Assembly (NCBI GenBank): GCA_020638555.1
Contig: JACKII010000006.1
Location: forward strand, 137,140 to 201,139
Length of the DNA stretch: 64,000 bases
Direction of reading: 5' to 3'
DNA from: Alphaproteobacteria bacterium
Lineage (GTDB): Bacteria > Pseudomonadota > Alphaproteobacteria > Bin95
The translations under genes and the position numbers were made by a program. Positions 1-9,403 of this stretch are shown here, piece after piece. The stretch's first letter is position 1, and every line of letters starts with the position of its first letter. Below the pieces are notes generated by a model that was not told where the DNA came from, ran no database searches, and was given only the letters and a program-made list of their open reading frames with translations.

Positions 1-1618
1 GCATCGCCATCACGCCGGTTTTCATCGGGTGCGAGCCGGCAATGGTCGAGGCCGCCACGGCCGCCACCGCCACCGGCGGCGTGATATAGCTCATCATGCC
101 CCAGTAGAGGATGAACAGGTGGCCGGCCACCCGGTCGAGGCCCGCATCCACCACGGCCTGGCCCATGACCAGGGCGAGGAAGATGTAGCAGGCGCTGACG
201 GTCATGCCCATGCCCAGGATGAAGCTGGTGATCGCGCCCAGCACCAGCAGCAGGATGACATTGTCGCCGGCGAATTGCAGCAACTCGCCCGAGAAGGCCG
301 GGCCGACGCCGGTATAGCTGAGCGAGCCGACGATCATGCCGATGCCGACCAGGATGCCAACGATGTTGACGATGTTCTTGGTGGCGTCGAGGACCAGTTC
401 GATCAGGTGACGGAAGCCGAAGCGGTGCTCGCCCTTCTTGAAGATCGCGCAGGTGACGATCAGCACGCCGGTCGCGAAATACGGGGCGAACGCCTCGATC
501 CGCATGAAAATCAGCATGTAGACCAGCATGATCAGGCTGAAGAGATAGTACCAGCCGTCCTTGACGACGTCCCGCAGGCGCGGAATCTCCTCGGCCGGCT
601 GGCCCTTCAGGCCGTTGCGGGCGGCATAGTTGTCGGCCTGCAACAGCAGCGCCAGATAGAACAGCACCGCCGGCACCAGGGCCGCAATGACCACTGTCGA
701 GTACGAGACGTTCAGGAACTCCGCCATGATGAAGGCGACGGCGCCCATCACCGGCGGCATCAGCGCACCACCGGTCGAGGCGCAGGCCTCGACCGCGCCC
801 GCATAGGTGGCGGGATAGCCGATGCGCTTCATGGTCGGGATGGTGATCTGGCCGGTGGTGACCACGTTGGAGATCACCGAGCCCGACAGCGAGCCAAAGA
901 AGCCGGACGACAGAATGGCCACCTTGGCCGGGCCGCCACGGCTTTTGCCCAGCAAAGCCGTGGCAAAGGCCATGAAGAACTCGCCGCCGCCGGTCACGAC
1001 CAGGGCCGAACCGAAGATCAGGAAGCCGATCAGCAGGTTGGTGACCACGCGCATGGGAAGGCCGATGATTGACTCGGTGCCGAGCGCGTGCTGGCGCACG
1101 AATTCCTCGACCGCGCTTTCCGGTCCCCAGAGGAAGCCCGGCATGTATTCGGCGAACAGAGGGTAGAGGAAGAAGAACAGGCAGACGCCGAACAGGATCC
1201 AGCCGCCGGCGCGCCGCACCGCCTCCAGCGCCAGGACGCAGATCACGCCGGCAATGATCGTCGCGTCGGGCGGGGCCAACAGGTCCCAGCCTTCCTGGAT
1301 GATCCGCTCGCCATTGTAGGCCATGAAGCCCGCACAGAAGAGCGTCAGGGCGAAGAGTATCCAATCGATGATGGATATTCGTCCTGTTGTCTCGCCCTTG
1401 AAGCCATAGACGAGATAGACCATGCTCATGAAGATGCCGAGCATGACATAGAAGAACGAGGTGTCGATGATCAACAGCAGTCCGAAGAACTGCCAGTTGA
1501 ACACTTGGTTCATTGCCAGGTAGATGCCGATCACGCCCATGATGATCGTGAGCGTGCGGACCCAGCCGTGCACCCGGTCGCGTTCACTTAACCCCGGCGG
1601 GGGGGCTGCGTCTGCCAT
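1..1618 (-). CDS. TRAP transporter fused permease (TAXI-type DctQ/DctM fusion); gene 3' end cut by window edge
   Basis: Not in the ORF track because it runs off the window. Manual reverse translation from ATG 1618..1616 (GGAGGAA RBS upstream) gives MADAAPPPGLSERDRVHGWVRTLTIIMGVIGIYLAMNQVF... This is followed by uninterrupted polytopic membrane sequence (GGGEFFMAFATALLGKSRGGPAKVAILSSGFFGSLSGSVISNVVTTG, HLFILYWGMMSYITPPVAVAA), typical of TAXI-family fused TRAP permeases. The + strand ORFs 29..1072 and 1088..1591 are R/H/D-rich shadows. Confidence 0.85.
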   Translation of the reverse strand, partial: MADAAPPPGLSERDRVHGWVRTLTIIMGVIGIYLAMNQVFNWQFFGLLLIIDTSFFYVMLGIFMSMVYLVYGFKGETTGRISIIDWILFALTLFCAGFMAYNGERIIQEGWDLLAPPDATIIAGVICVLALEAVRRAGGWILFGVCLFFFLYPLFAEYMPGFLWGPESAVEEFVRQHALGTESIIGLPMRVVTNLLIGFLIFGSALVVTGGGEFFMAFATALLGKSRGGPAKVAILSSGFFGSLSGSVISNVVTTGQITIPTMKRIGYPATYAGAVEACASTGGALMPPVMGAVAFIMAEFLNVSYSTVVIAALVPAVLFYLALLLQADNYAARNGLKGQPAEEIPRLRDVVKDGWYYLFSLIMLVYMLIFMRIEAFAPYFATGVLIVTCAIFKKGEHRFGFRHLIELVLDATKNIVNIVGILVGIGMIVGSLSYTGVGPAFSGELLQFAGDNVILLLVLGAITSFILGMGMTVSACYIFLALVMGQAVVDAGLDRVAGHLFILYWGMMSYITPPVAVAAVAASTIAGSHPMKTGVMAM

Positions 1619-1917
1619 GCGAATTTCCTCCCTCGAAGGCGAATAGCACCTTCGTGTCACAGTTGGCGCTCTTCTAGCATTCTGCCGGCAACTGTCAAAG
1701 GCTCCCTGCAACACGGTCGGAGTCCGGCAGCCGACGGCATTTGCCAAGAGCGGGACGCAGGCCGGCGGCGAGACGGGGACAGGGCTCGTGCCGAGGGACA
1801 AGCGCGTTTGCCCCACACGCAAACCCGGCGCGGAGGCTGTGCCGCGCCGGGTCGGTACCACGGTGACCGGCGGCCGCCGCGCAGAGGCGCGGATGGCAGC
1901 CGGTCATAGAGGGTCTA

Positions 1918-4692
1918 TCAAGACAGATACCAGATCGACTGAGCCTCCACCGCGATATCGGTGTCGACAAACACGTCCGCCAGACCATAGCTGTAATGCG
2001 CGTAGGTTGCGTCCGCGTCGGTGTAGGTGTCGTTCATCTCCACCAACGGCACCATGTTCAGGGTGAGCGTGTCGCCGATATCGCCGGTGATCATCGTGAT
2101 CGAGGCCGCGCTGAAATCGAGCTGCTCCAGCACATCCAGCGCCTGATTGTCGGCCGCACCGTTGGTCATGTCGACGTGGCTGGCTTGCTCCATCGCCAGC
2201 GCCGTAAACGTGCCCGTCGCGACATCGAAGGCACCGTCGCTGAACTTCAGGGTCTCGACATTGCTGACCTGGTCCATCCCGTCGGAGCCGAACAGATCCG
2301 TGACCTGGACCGCGGATGCCTGGTCCGTCGGCATGATGGCATAGGTTGCGAATGCCCCGCCGAACATCGCCGTATCGTGTCCGTTGCCGCCATCGAGCCA
2401 GTCGTCTCCGCTTGCACCGTACAGGACGTCGTTTCCGTCATTGCCATTGATGATGTCGAAGACGTCACTGCCCAGCATCAGGTTGTCGGCGGCATTGCCG
2501 TCCCCCTGGGATACCGGAGCCTTGGTATACCTGTCGGTGAGAATCAGAATTTCGGTGTTCTCGGCCATGGTGACCGAGACATCGCTGATAATCGTGTCGA
2601 CACCGGCGTCGCCCTGTTCGATGACCGTGTCGTTTTCTCCGGTCAGATAGATGTCGTGACCGTTGCCGCCCGAGAGGATGTCCTGCTTGGTTTCGTTGAG
2701 ATGCTGGGCGTGGCGGAAAATATTGTTTTCATCCGTGCCGACCAGCTCGTCCGCGCGCATCGTACCGCCGATCGCAGTCCATCTCGGCAAGGCGTCGGTC
2801 AATTCGGGTGGGGCGATCGTGGGGGTGATCAGGGGATCGCCCGTGGTGACGGTGTCGTAGCCGACAATGGCGCGCAGGCGGGCCACGTCCTCTGGGGTGA
2901 TGGTGTCGGTGGCGAGATTGACCGCGTCCGGCCCGTAGAAGGCCGAGAGCGCCGCTTGGTAGAAACCGTCGTGGTACTGTCCGTCTTCGATCGAATAATA
3001 CGAGTCGGCGAACTGGAGGATTTCAACGTTGTGAACCTGCTCGTTTCCGGCCTCGCCGCTGTCGGGGGCGTTGACGTAGTAGGTGCCCCAGCCATATTGC
3101 CCGATCTGATAGTCGGCGGCCACGGACGCGTAGATCGAGACATCGATCCCGTCTCCGCCCTGCAACTCGTCGTTGCCGCCACCGCCATAGAGGATGTCGT
3201 TGCCAGCGCCGCCGGACAGGCGGTCGGTGCCGCTGTTGCCGATCAGGACGTCGTCGCCGGCATTCCCACCCAGCATATCCCGATAGCTTCCGCTGATCAG
3301 AATGTCATTGCCGGTGCCGCCCAGCGCGAACATGAGGCCGACCCAGTCTCCGATAATCACGTCGTTGCCGTCGCCGCCGAACGCATAATCGGTGCCACCA
3401 CTCTGCGCCCTGCCGGGTTCGATCCAGTCGTCGCCGGCGTCACCGAACAGAAAATCCGAGCCGAAGCCCCCGCGGATGGTGTCGTTGCCGTCGCCGCCGA
3501 AAATGGTGTCGCGGCCGTTCTGACCGGTAATCGTGTCGTCGCCGCCCATACCGTTATAGGGGGTGGTTTCCTCCAGGTAGCTGACTGGCAACTCGTAGGT
3601 GTCGTCGGCGCTGGTTCCCAACACGGCATCCTGGCCGAACCGGAAATCGGCGATGGGGAGTGTGCCGGTTGCGCCATCGACCAGTTCCGTATTGCCGGAC
3701 AATTGGGCGAGGCCGAATATCAGGTGAGTATTGTTGAACCCGGAGATCGTATTGTTCTCGACAACAGCCAACGTATCCGTCCGGTTCATGATGATGTACG
3801 GCGCATTGTCGGCATTGTCGGTCGGATCGAGGTCCAACCGGTTGTTGACCAGCACATTATCGCGGATCACGACGGAATCGCCGGGCTCGTTACCGTAGCG
3901 AGCCGCCGTGTAGTTGATGATCCCCGGGCCGATGCCGGACTGTTCGCGGGTGATGGTGTTGTTCGCGATCAGAACATCGCCGCCGGCGGTGATGTCGATC
4001 AAAAGATTTCCGGGCTCCAGGCCAGTGCTATTGGTTCCGTCGGAGATGTTGGAGCCGGTGACTTCGGTGTAGTAGGCCGTGCTTTTGACGGCGTGCCCGC
4101 CGACCGTGTCGTGAATGGTGGAATTCTCGACGAAGAGGGCATTGGCGTGGACGTAGATGGCGTGCGATTTGCCGTTGATATAGCCGTTTTCCGAAAACTC
4201 CGACCCGATGATGCGAACGGTGCCCTCCCGGCCTTCGACCTGGGTTCCGAGCACGCCGTCGTCATTGCCCTCGAAGACGGAGTTGACGACGGTGACATCG
4301 CCGCTTTCGATCCGGACGCCGGCGCCATTGCGACTGGTCGAATGGAAGTTGCGGAAGGTGATATTCTCGATCGTGACCGACTGGGACGCATCGCCGGAAA
4401 TAACGAACAGACCTTTCGAGACACTCGTCTGACCGGATACTGTGCCGTCGGCATTGCGTTCCAGACCGGTATCGAAGACCGCGCCGGCGCCATCGCCCTT
4501 GATGGTGATGCTCGCGGAGATCCTGATATCCACCGGTATCCGGCTGGTTGGCTCCCCAGTGACCGGATCCAGGTAATAGCCGCGGTCGGGGGTGTAGTTG
4601 CCCTCGGCGATGACGATCGTGTCGCCATCCACTGCGTTCAGGGCAGCACTGCGCAATTCGTCGTACGACGAAACTGTAATGATTTGACCCAT
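1918..4692 (-). CDS. Large secreted-type protein with an N-terminal right-handed parallel beta-helix region plus RTX (hemolysin-type Ca-binding) nonapeptide repeats; probable type I secretion substrate
   Basis: ORF 1918..4761; preferred start is ATG 4692 (MGQIITVSSYDEL) with AGGAG just upstream. Beta-helix-like repeats: VVNSVFEGNDDGVLG, IIGSEFSENG, VENSTIHDT, IANNTITRE, VIRDNVLVNN, VENNTISG. Multiple GGxGxD runs: GGDGNDTIRGGFGSDFLFGDAGDD, GGAGNDILYGGGGNDELQGGDGID, GNDGNDVLYGASGDDWLDGGNGHD. No N-terminal signal peptide. Confidence 0.85.
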   Translation of the reverse strand: MGQIITVSSYDELRSAALNAVDGDTIVIAEGNYTPDRGYYLDPVTGEPTSRIPVDIRISASITIKGDGAGAVFDTGLERNADGTVSGQTSVSKGLFVISGDASQSVTIENITFRNFHSTSRNGAGVRIESGDVTVVNSVFEGNDDGVLGTQVEGREGTVRIIGSEFSENGYINGKSHAIYVHANALFVENSTIHDTVGGHAVKSTAYYTEVTGSNISDGTNSTGLEPGNLLIDITAGGDVLIANNTITREQSGIGPGIINYTAARYGNEPGDSVVIRDNVLVNNRLDLDPTDNADNAPYIIMNRTDTLAVVENNTISGFNNTHLIFGLAQLSGNTELVDGATGTLPIADFRFGQDAVLGTSADDTYELPVSYLEETTPYNGMGGDDTITGQNGRDTIFGGDGNDTIRGGFGSDFLFGDAGDDWIEPGRAQSGGTDYAFGGDGNDVIIGDWVGLMFALGGTGNDILISGSYRDMLGGNAGDDVLIGNSGTDRLSGGAGNDILYGGGGNDELQGGDGIDVSIYASVAADYQIGQYGWGTYYVNAPDSGEAGNEQVHNVEILQFADSYYSIEDGQYHDGFYQAALSAFYGPDAVNLATDTITPEDVARLRAIVGYDTVTTGDPLITPTIAPPELTDALPRWTAIGGTMRADELVGTDENNIFRHAQHLNETKQDILSGGNGHDIYLTGENDTVIEQGDAGVDTIISDVSVTMAENTEILILTDRYTKAPVSQGDGNAADNLMLGSDVFDIINGNDGNDVLYGASGDDWLDGGNGHDTAMFGGAFATYAIMPTDQASAVQVTDLFGSDGMDQVSNVETLKFSDGAFDVATGTFTALAMEQASHVDMTNGAADNQALDVLEQLDFSAASITMITGDIGDTLTLNMVPLVEMNDTYTDADATYAHYSYGLADVFVDTDIAVEAQSIWYLS

Positions 4693-5078
4693 GATACTCC
4701 TGCCAAGATTTTCTTGTTTGTTGGCTTTTAGCGATATGGCATGGGTCTTTGTAAAACGCAAAGGATTCAGATAAAGAATTTACTTAGATTACCCTAATAC
4801 TTTCAAGATAATTTTCACAAACTTACACATATATTGGTATACATATTACGTTATTTTTATGTCAATCGAGGAGTATTTTTGGGACAAACGGAAAACGCAC
4901 ATCGCCAGGCATGTCAAACTTTCGGCCCGTTTGACGGCAACAAATGGCGAAAATGATGCAGTAATATTCACATGCGACAAATTGGGATAATTCAAAAGGC
5001 GGCAATAATATATTACAGATATGACGATTATATCCATAATACATTATGTTTATACTTTGATCTGAATCAATCTTTGGG
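4693..5078 (-). promoter_or_regulatory. AT-rich leader/promoter region of the beta-helix/RTX gene
   Basis: Hand count gives about 26% G+C over 4741..4860 against a ~65% background. No credible ORF. Contains GATAATTTT at 4807..4815, 115 nt upstream of the start codon. Confidence 0.45.
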
Positions 5079-5198
5079 TTGGCAAGATTGATCCCGGTGC
5101 CGTCGATGCCTCGCGTCCTGCCCGCATGGGCGGCGCTTTCCATCGCTCTGGGATTCACCGATAATCCCCACCCCCACGCACAAGGAGATACAGAGCCA

Positions 5199-6065
5199 AT
5201 GAATCCCGACGTTCAAGCCGCCATGCCGGAACTGGAAAAATGGGTCGGACGTCAGCGCATCGTCGAGGACGAGATGGGACTGACATCGGTGCAACGCGCG
5301 GCCGCGACCATGAATGTCGATCCCGGCAGCTTCCGGAATGGGGATGCGGTGCCCCGGCAATGGTTCAACATGTTCTTTCCGGATATCTGCCGCCAGGACG
5401 ATATCGGCCCGGACGGCCACCCGAACAAAGGCGTCTTCCTGCCGCCGATTCCGTTGCCGCGCCGCATGGGCGCCGGGCGCCGGGTCAGGATCATGGGCAA
5501 TCTCGTGGTCGGGCAACCGGCGCGCAAGATTGCCGAGGTGGCGGCGATCATCCCGAAAAGTGGCCGGTCCGGCAATATCGTCATCCTGACCATGAAGCTG
5601 ACCTTCGAGAGCGGCGGCAAGACCATCGCCGTCGACGAATTCGATGCCATTTATCGCGAGGCGGTGCCGCCAGGGCAAAAATCGTCCACGACGGCGTTCC
5701 GCGAGGCGCCCACCGAGAGCGATTGGCAGGAAACGCACCATTTCAGCGAAGCGCTGAACTTCCGCTATTCCGCGGTGACGTGGAACGCCCATCGCATTCA
5801 CTATGACGCGGACTATACCCGCGACGTGGAGGGCTATCCGCACACGGTGCAGAATGGCGGCCTCACCATGCAGACGGTCACCGATGCGGCGTGCCGGCAC
5901 AATGGCGGCGTGATCGACGGTCTCGACGCCCGCCTGACCAAGCCGATCAATGTCGGCGATACCGTGACCATTCTCGGCCGGCACGAGGGGACCAACGAGG
6001 CTTGCTGGATCGCCGACCGGCACGGGCATTTGTGTGCCGAGATGACGGTGTCCTTCGGCGGCTGA
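5199..6065 (+). CDS. MaoC/hotdog-fold hydratase (HTD2 / mesaconyl-C4-CoA hydratase-like, FAS1-like dehydratase domain)
   Basis: ORF 5079..6065; preferred start is ATG 5199 (MNPDVQAAMPELEKW) with AAGGAGA RBS at 5182..5188. Hydratase-type motif FRYSAVTWNAHRIHYDADYTRDVEGYPHTVQNGGL. Confidence 0.7.
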   Translation: MNPDVQAAMPELEKWVGRQRIVEDEMGLTSVQRAAATMNVDPGSFRNGDAVPRQWFNMFFPDICRQDDIGPDGHPNKGVFLPPIPLPRRMGAGRRVRIMGNLVVGQPARKIAEVAAIIPKSGRSGNIVILTMKLTFESGGKTIAVDEFDAIYREAVPPGQKSSTTAFREAPTESDWQETHHFSEALNFRYSAVTWNAHRIHYDADYTRDVEGYPHTVQNGGLTMQTVTDAACRHNGGVIDGLDARLTKPINVGDTVTILGRHEGTNEACWIADRHGHLCAEMTVSFGG

Positions 6066-6114
6066 GCAAAGCCGCTCGGGCCGCATGCCGGTTCCGGATC
6101 GGCCTGCCGCCAAC

Positions 6115-6152
6115 AAAAAACGCCAGCCCTTCGGGGCTGGCGTTTTCGGTTT
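6115..6152. terminator. Bidirectional rho-independent terminator between convergent genes
   Basis: A-tract 6115..6120, stem CGCCAGCCC (6121..6129), loop TTCG, stem GGGCTGGCG (6134..6142), then TTTTCGGTTT. Confidence 0.8.
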
Positions 6153-6194
6153 GCAGGGCCGCTCACGGCCCGGCAAGACGGTGGGAGAGGGCGC

Positions 6195-9100
6195 CTAAGT
6201 GGCGGTCCCTCCCGCGCCGTGAGAAGGCTCGGTCCCGGAGCGCGGCCCCGGCTCCCCGTCCTGGTCGGCGTTCGGGAAGAGCTTGTGGCCGCCGAAGATT
6301 TTCCGCTCCCGAATCCATTCGAACACCGCATAGAGCATCGGGATCATGAAGATGCCGAACATCGCCGAGGCCAACATGCCGAACAACACCGGCATGCCCA
6401 CGGCGAACATGCTGTCCGCACCGGGGCCTTGTGCGACCACCAACGGGATCAGGCCGGCGATGAAGGCGAAGCTGGTCATCATCACCGGGCGGAAGCGCTG
6501 GTGGGCGCCGGTGACCGCGGATTGCTGGATGCTTTGTCCTTCGGCCCGTCGCGCCAGCGAGAACTCGGTCATCAGGATCGAGTTCTTGGCGGCCAGGGCG
6601 ATCAGCACGACGATGCCGATCTGGGCGTAGAGCACGAAGCTCATATCGGCCAACTGAACGCCGATCATCGCCCCCAGCACCGCGACCACGACCGATAGCA
6701 GCACCGGGATCGGCACGTTCCAGCTTTCGTACAGCGCCACCAGAAAGAGGAAGGCGAACACGATCGCAAACCCGATCACGATCGGCGTTTGCCCCGCCGA
6801 CTCGACCTGCTCCAGGGCCTGGCCGGTCCATTCGTAGGCATAGCCGCGCGGAAGGTCCTTATTCGACAGGTCCTCCATCGCCGCGATGGCATCGCCGTCG
6901 CCATAGCCGGGGCCGGCACTGCCATTGATGGAGATCGCACGATAGTTGTTGTAGCGCACGATCGACCGGGCGCCGACCTCCAACGTGGCCCGCGCCACCG
7001 CCGACATGGGGACCATGGCGCCGGTGTTGCTCTTGACCTTGATGTCGTAGATCGAGTCGATGGTGTTGCGGAACTGCTTCTCGCCCAGCAGCCGCACGGT
7101 CCAGGTTCTGCCGAACAGGTTGAAGTCGTTGACGTAGAACCCGCCCAGCGTGGTTTGCAGCGCCTGGAACACATCGGACAGCTTCAGGCCCAGCACCTGC
7201 ACCTTGTCCCGGTCGATATCCAGCCGGACCTGGGGGGTCGACGCGTCGAAGGTGGAGAACACCCGTTGCAGTTCCGGCCGTTGGTTCGCCTGAACGATGA
7301 TGTTGCGCATGGTCGCCGCCATTTCGCTGGGCGATTGGCCGGTCAACCCTTCGAGGATGTACTCGAACCCGCCGGTCTGGCCGATGCCGGAGATGGCAGG
7401 TGGGTTCAGCGGCAGGAAATAGCCTTCCGTCAGGGGGGCGAGAGACCGGGTCAGGCGGTTCACCACGGCCGTGGCGTGCAGGTCCGGCGTGACCCGCTCC
7501 TCATAGGGCTTCAACCGGATGAACAGGATGCCGGAACTTGACGATGCGCCGCCGCCCAGGAAATCGAAGCCGGCCACCGAGACCACGGTCTGCACTGCCG
7601 GATCGGCGCTGACGATTTTCTGCGCCTTTGCTGCTGCGGCTTCCGTCCGGTTGAGCGACGCGCCGGGCGTCAGCCCGAACACCGCCATGATATAGCCCTG
7701 GTCTTCTTCCGGCAGGAAGCCGGACGGCGTCGTGGAGAACATATACAAGGTGCCGCCTGCCAGGGCAGCGACCAGCACGATGCTCATCACGGCGACGCGC
7801 ACCAGGCGGGCCACGACCCAGCCATAGCCGTCGCCGACCCGATTGATGCCGTTGGTGACGACGCGCATGATGCGGCCAGGATGGCCAGGCCGCAGGATGA
7901 GGGTGCAGAGGGCAGGGGATAGCGTCAGCGCGTTGATGGCCGAAATCACCATCGCCGCAGAAATCGTGATGGCGAACTGGCGGAACAACACGCCGCTGGA
8001 GCCGGGCAGGAAGGCGATCGGCACGAACACCGACAGCAACACCAAGGTGATGGCGATCACCGGGCCGGTGATTTCGGCCATGGCCTTGTGGGTCGCTTCG
8101 GCGGGCGAAAGGTGCGGTTCTTCCTCCATCACCCGTTCGACATTCTCGACCACGATGATGGCGTCGTCGACGACGATGCCGATGGCCAGGACCAAGGCGA
8201 GGAGGGATATGGTGTTGGCCGAGTAGCCAAACGCCAGCAGCACCGCAAAGGTGCCGATCACGGCAACCGGCACCGCCAGCAGCGGAATCACGGTCGGGCG
8301 CAGGCGGCCGAGGAAGACAAACACGACGATGGCGACCAGGATGAACGCTTCCACCAGGGTGTGAACGACCTTGTCCATCATCGCCGAGACGAACTCGGCC
8401 GTGTTGTAGATATAGGCGTAGGTTACGCCTTCGGGGAAGCGGGGTTTCAGATCCTCCAGGCGCTGGGCCACCGCTTTGGCGACCGCAACCGCATTGGCGC
8501 CAGGCGACAGATAGATGCCGATGGCGGCGACGGGGCGGCCCTCGAACCGGGCCGTGGTATCGTAGTTGGCCGCGTCCAACTCGACGCGCCCGATGTCTTT
8601 GATCCGGACCAGCGCGCCGTTGCTGTCGCTGCGAAGCACGATGTTCTCGAATTCCTCGGCGGAGGTCAGGCGGCCCTTGGTGGTGACCGTCAACTGCAGC
8701 CGCTGGTCCTTGCTGAGCGGCGCCGCACCGATCCGGCCGGCCGCGGCCTGGAGGTTCTGAGACTTGATCGCGGCGATGATTTCCGCACTGGAGAGCTCAT
8801 AATTGGCGAGCTTTTGCGGATCGAGCCAAATGCGCATGGAATAATCCTGCGCGCCAAAAATGGTAACATCGCCAACGCCGGGAACGCGCTTCAACTCGTC
8901 CAGGATCGAGATGGTGACGAAGTTGGAAAGAAACAGGTTATCGTGCTCGGGGTTGTTCGAATAGAACATGAACACCTGCAACAGGCTGGTCGAAACCTTT
9001 TTGATCGACAAACCTGTTGATCGAACTTCTTCCGGCAACTTGGTTTCAACCAGGCTGGCCCGGTTTTGCACGTTGACGGTGGCGATGTCCGGGTCCTGGC

Positions 9101-9392
9101 TCAGGTCGAAACTGACATTCAGGCGGTAGGAGCCGTCGCTTCCCGACGTCGACTTCATATACCGCATGCCCGAAACGCCGTTGATCGCGTTTTCGAGCTG
9201 CTGTGCCACGCTTTCTTCCACCGTTGGCGCATCGGCGCCGGAATAGGTGGCCGTCACCTGTACCGTTGGCGGGGCGATATCCGGGTATTGCGCGGTCGGC
9301 ATGACGGCGATCGCGATGGCGCCGGCCAGGGTGATGACCAGCGACACGACCATCGCCATGCGCGGACGTTTGATAAAGGTATCCGAAATCAT
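6195..9392 (-). CDS. RND multidrug efflux permease (AcrB/MexB, HAE1 family)
   Basis: 1065 aa. Canonical N-terminus MISDTFIKRPRMAMVVSLVITLAGAIAIAVMPTAQYPDIAPPTVQVTATYSGADA, with large periplasmic loops and a 12-TMS pattern. 11-nt gap to the upstream adaptor gene. Confidence 0.93.
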   Translation of the reverse strand: MISDTFIKRPRMAMVVSLVITLAGAIAIAVMPTAQYPDIAPPTVQVTATYSGADAPTVEESVAQQLENAINGVSGMRYMKSTSGSDGSYRLNVSFDLSQDPDIATVNVQNRASLVETKLPEEVRSTGLSIKKVSTSLLQVFMFYSNNPEHDNLFLSNFVTISILDELKRVPGVGDVTIFGAQDYSMRIWLDPQKLANYELSSAEIIAAIKSQNLQAAAGRIGAAPLSKDQRLQLTVTTKGRLTSAEEFENIVLRSDSNGALVRIKDIGRVELDAANYDTTARFEGRPVAAIGIYLSPGANAVAVAKAVAQRLEDLKPRFPEGVTYAYIYNTAEFVSAMMDKVVHTLVEAFILVAIVVFVFLGRLRPTVIPLLAVPVAVIGTFAVLLAFGYSANTISLLALVLAIGIVVDDAIIVVENVERVMEEEPHLSPAEATHKAMAEITGPVIAITLVLLSVFVPIAFLPGSSGVLFRQFAITISAAMVISAINALTLSPALCTLILRPGHPGRIMRVVTNGINRVGDGYGWVVARLVRVAVMSIVLVAALAGGTLYMFSTTPSGFLPEEDQGYIMAVFGLTPGASLNRTEAAAAKAQKIVSADPAVQTVVSVAGFDFLGGGASSSSGILFIRLKPYEERVTPDLHATAVVNRLTRSLAPLTEGYFLPLNPPAISGIGQTGGFEYILEGLTGQSPSEMAATMRNIIVQANQRPELQRVFSTFDASTPQVRLDIDRDKVQVLGLKLSDVFQALQTTLGGFYVNDFNLFGRTWTVRLLGEKQFRNTIDSIYDIKVKSNTGAMVPMSAVARATLEVGARSIVRYNNYRAISINGSAGPGYGDGDAIAAMEDLSNKDLPRGYAYEWTGQALEQVESAGQTPIVIGFAIVFAFLFLVALYESWNVPIPVLLSVVVAVLGAMIGVQLADMSFVLYAQIGIVVLIALAAKNSILMTEFSLARRAEGQSIQQSAVTGAHQRFRPVMMTSFAFIAGLIPLVVAQGPGADSMFAVGMPVLFGMLASAMFGIFMIPMLYAVFEWIRERKIFGGHKLFPNADQDGEPGPRSGTEPSHGAGGTAT

Positions 9393-9403
9393 GGGGGTCG
9401 GAC

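Noticed and set aside
29-1591. Plus-strand ORFs 29..1072 (347 aa), 822..1166, 1069..1257 and 1088..1591.
   Set aside because: They are R/H/D/G/A-rich low-complexity translations antisense to a clean TAXI-type TRAP permease reading frame on the minus strand. These are typical high-GC shadow ORFs.
1996-4731. 911-aa plus-strand ORF opposite the RTX/beta-helix gene, plus several smaller nested ORFs.
   Set aside because: It has no recognisable motifs and an Arg/Val/Asp/Gly-rich composition. The minus frame carries unmistakable GGxGxD and beta-helix repeats.
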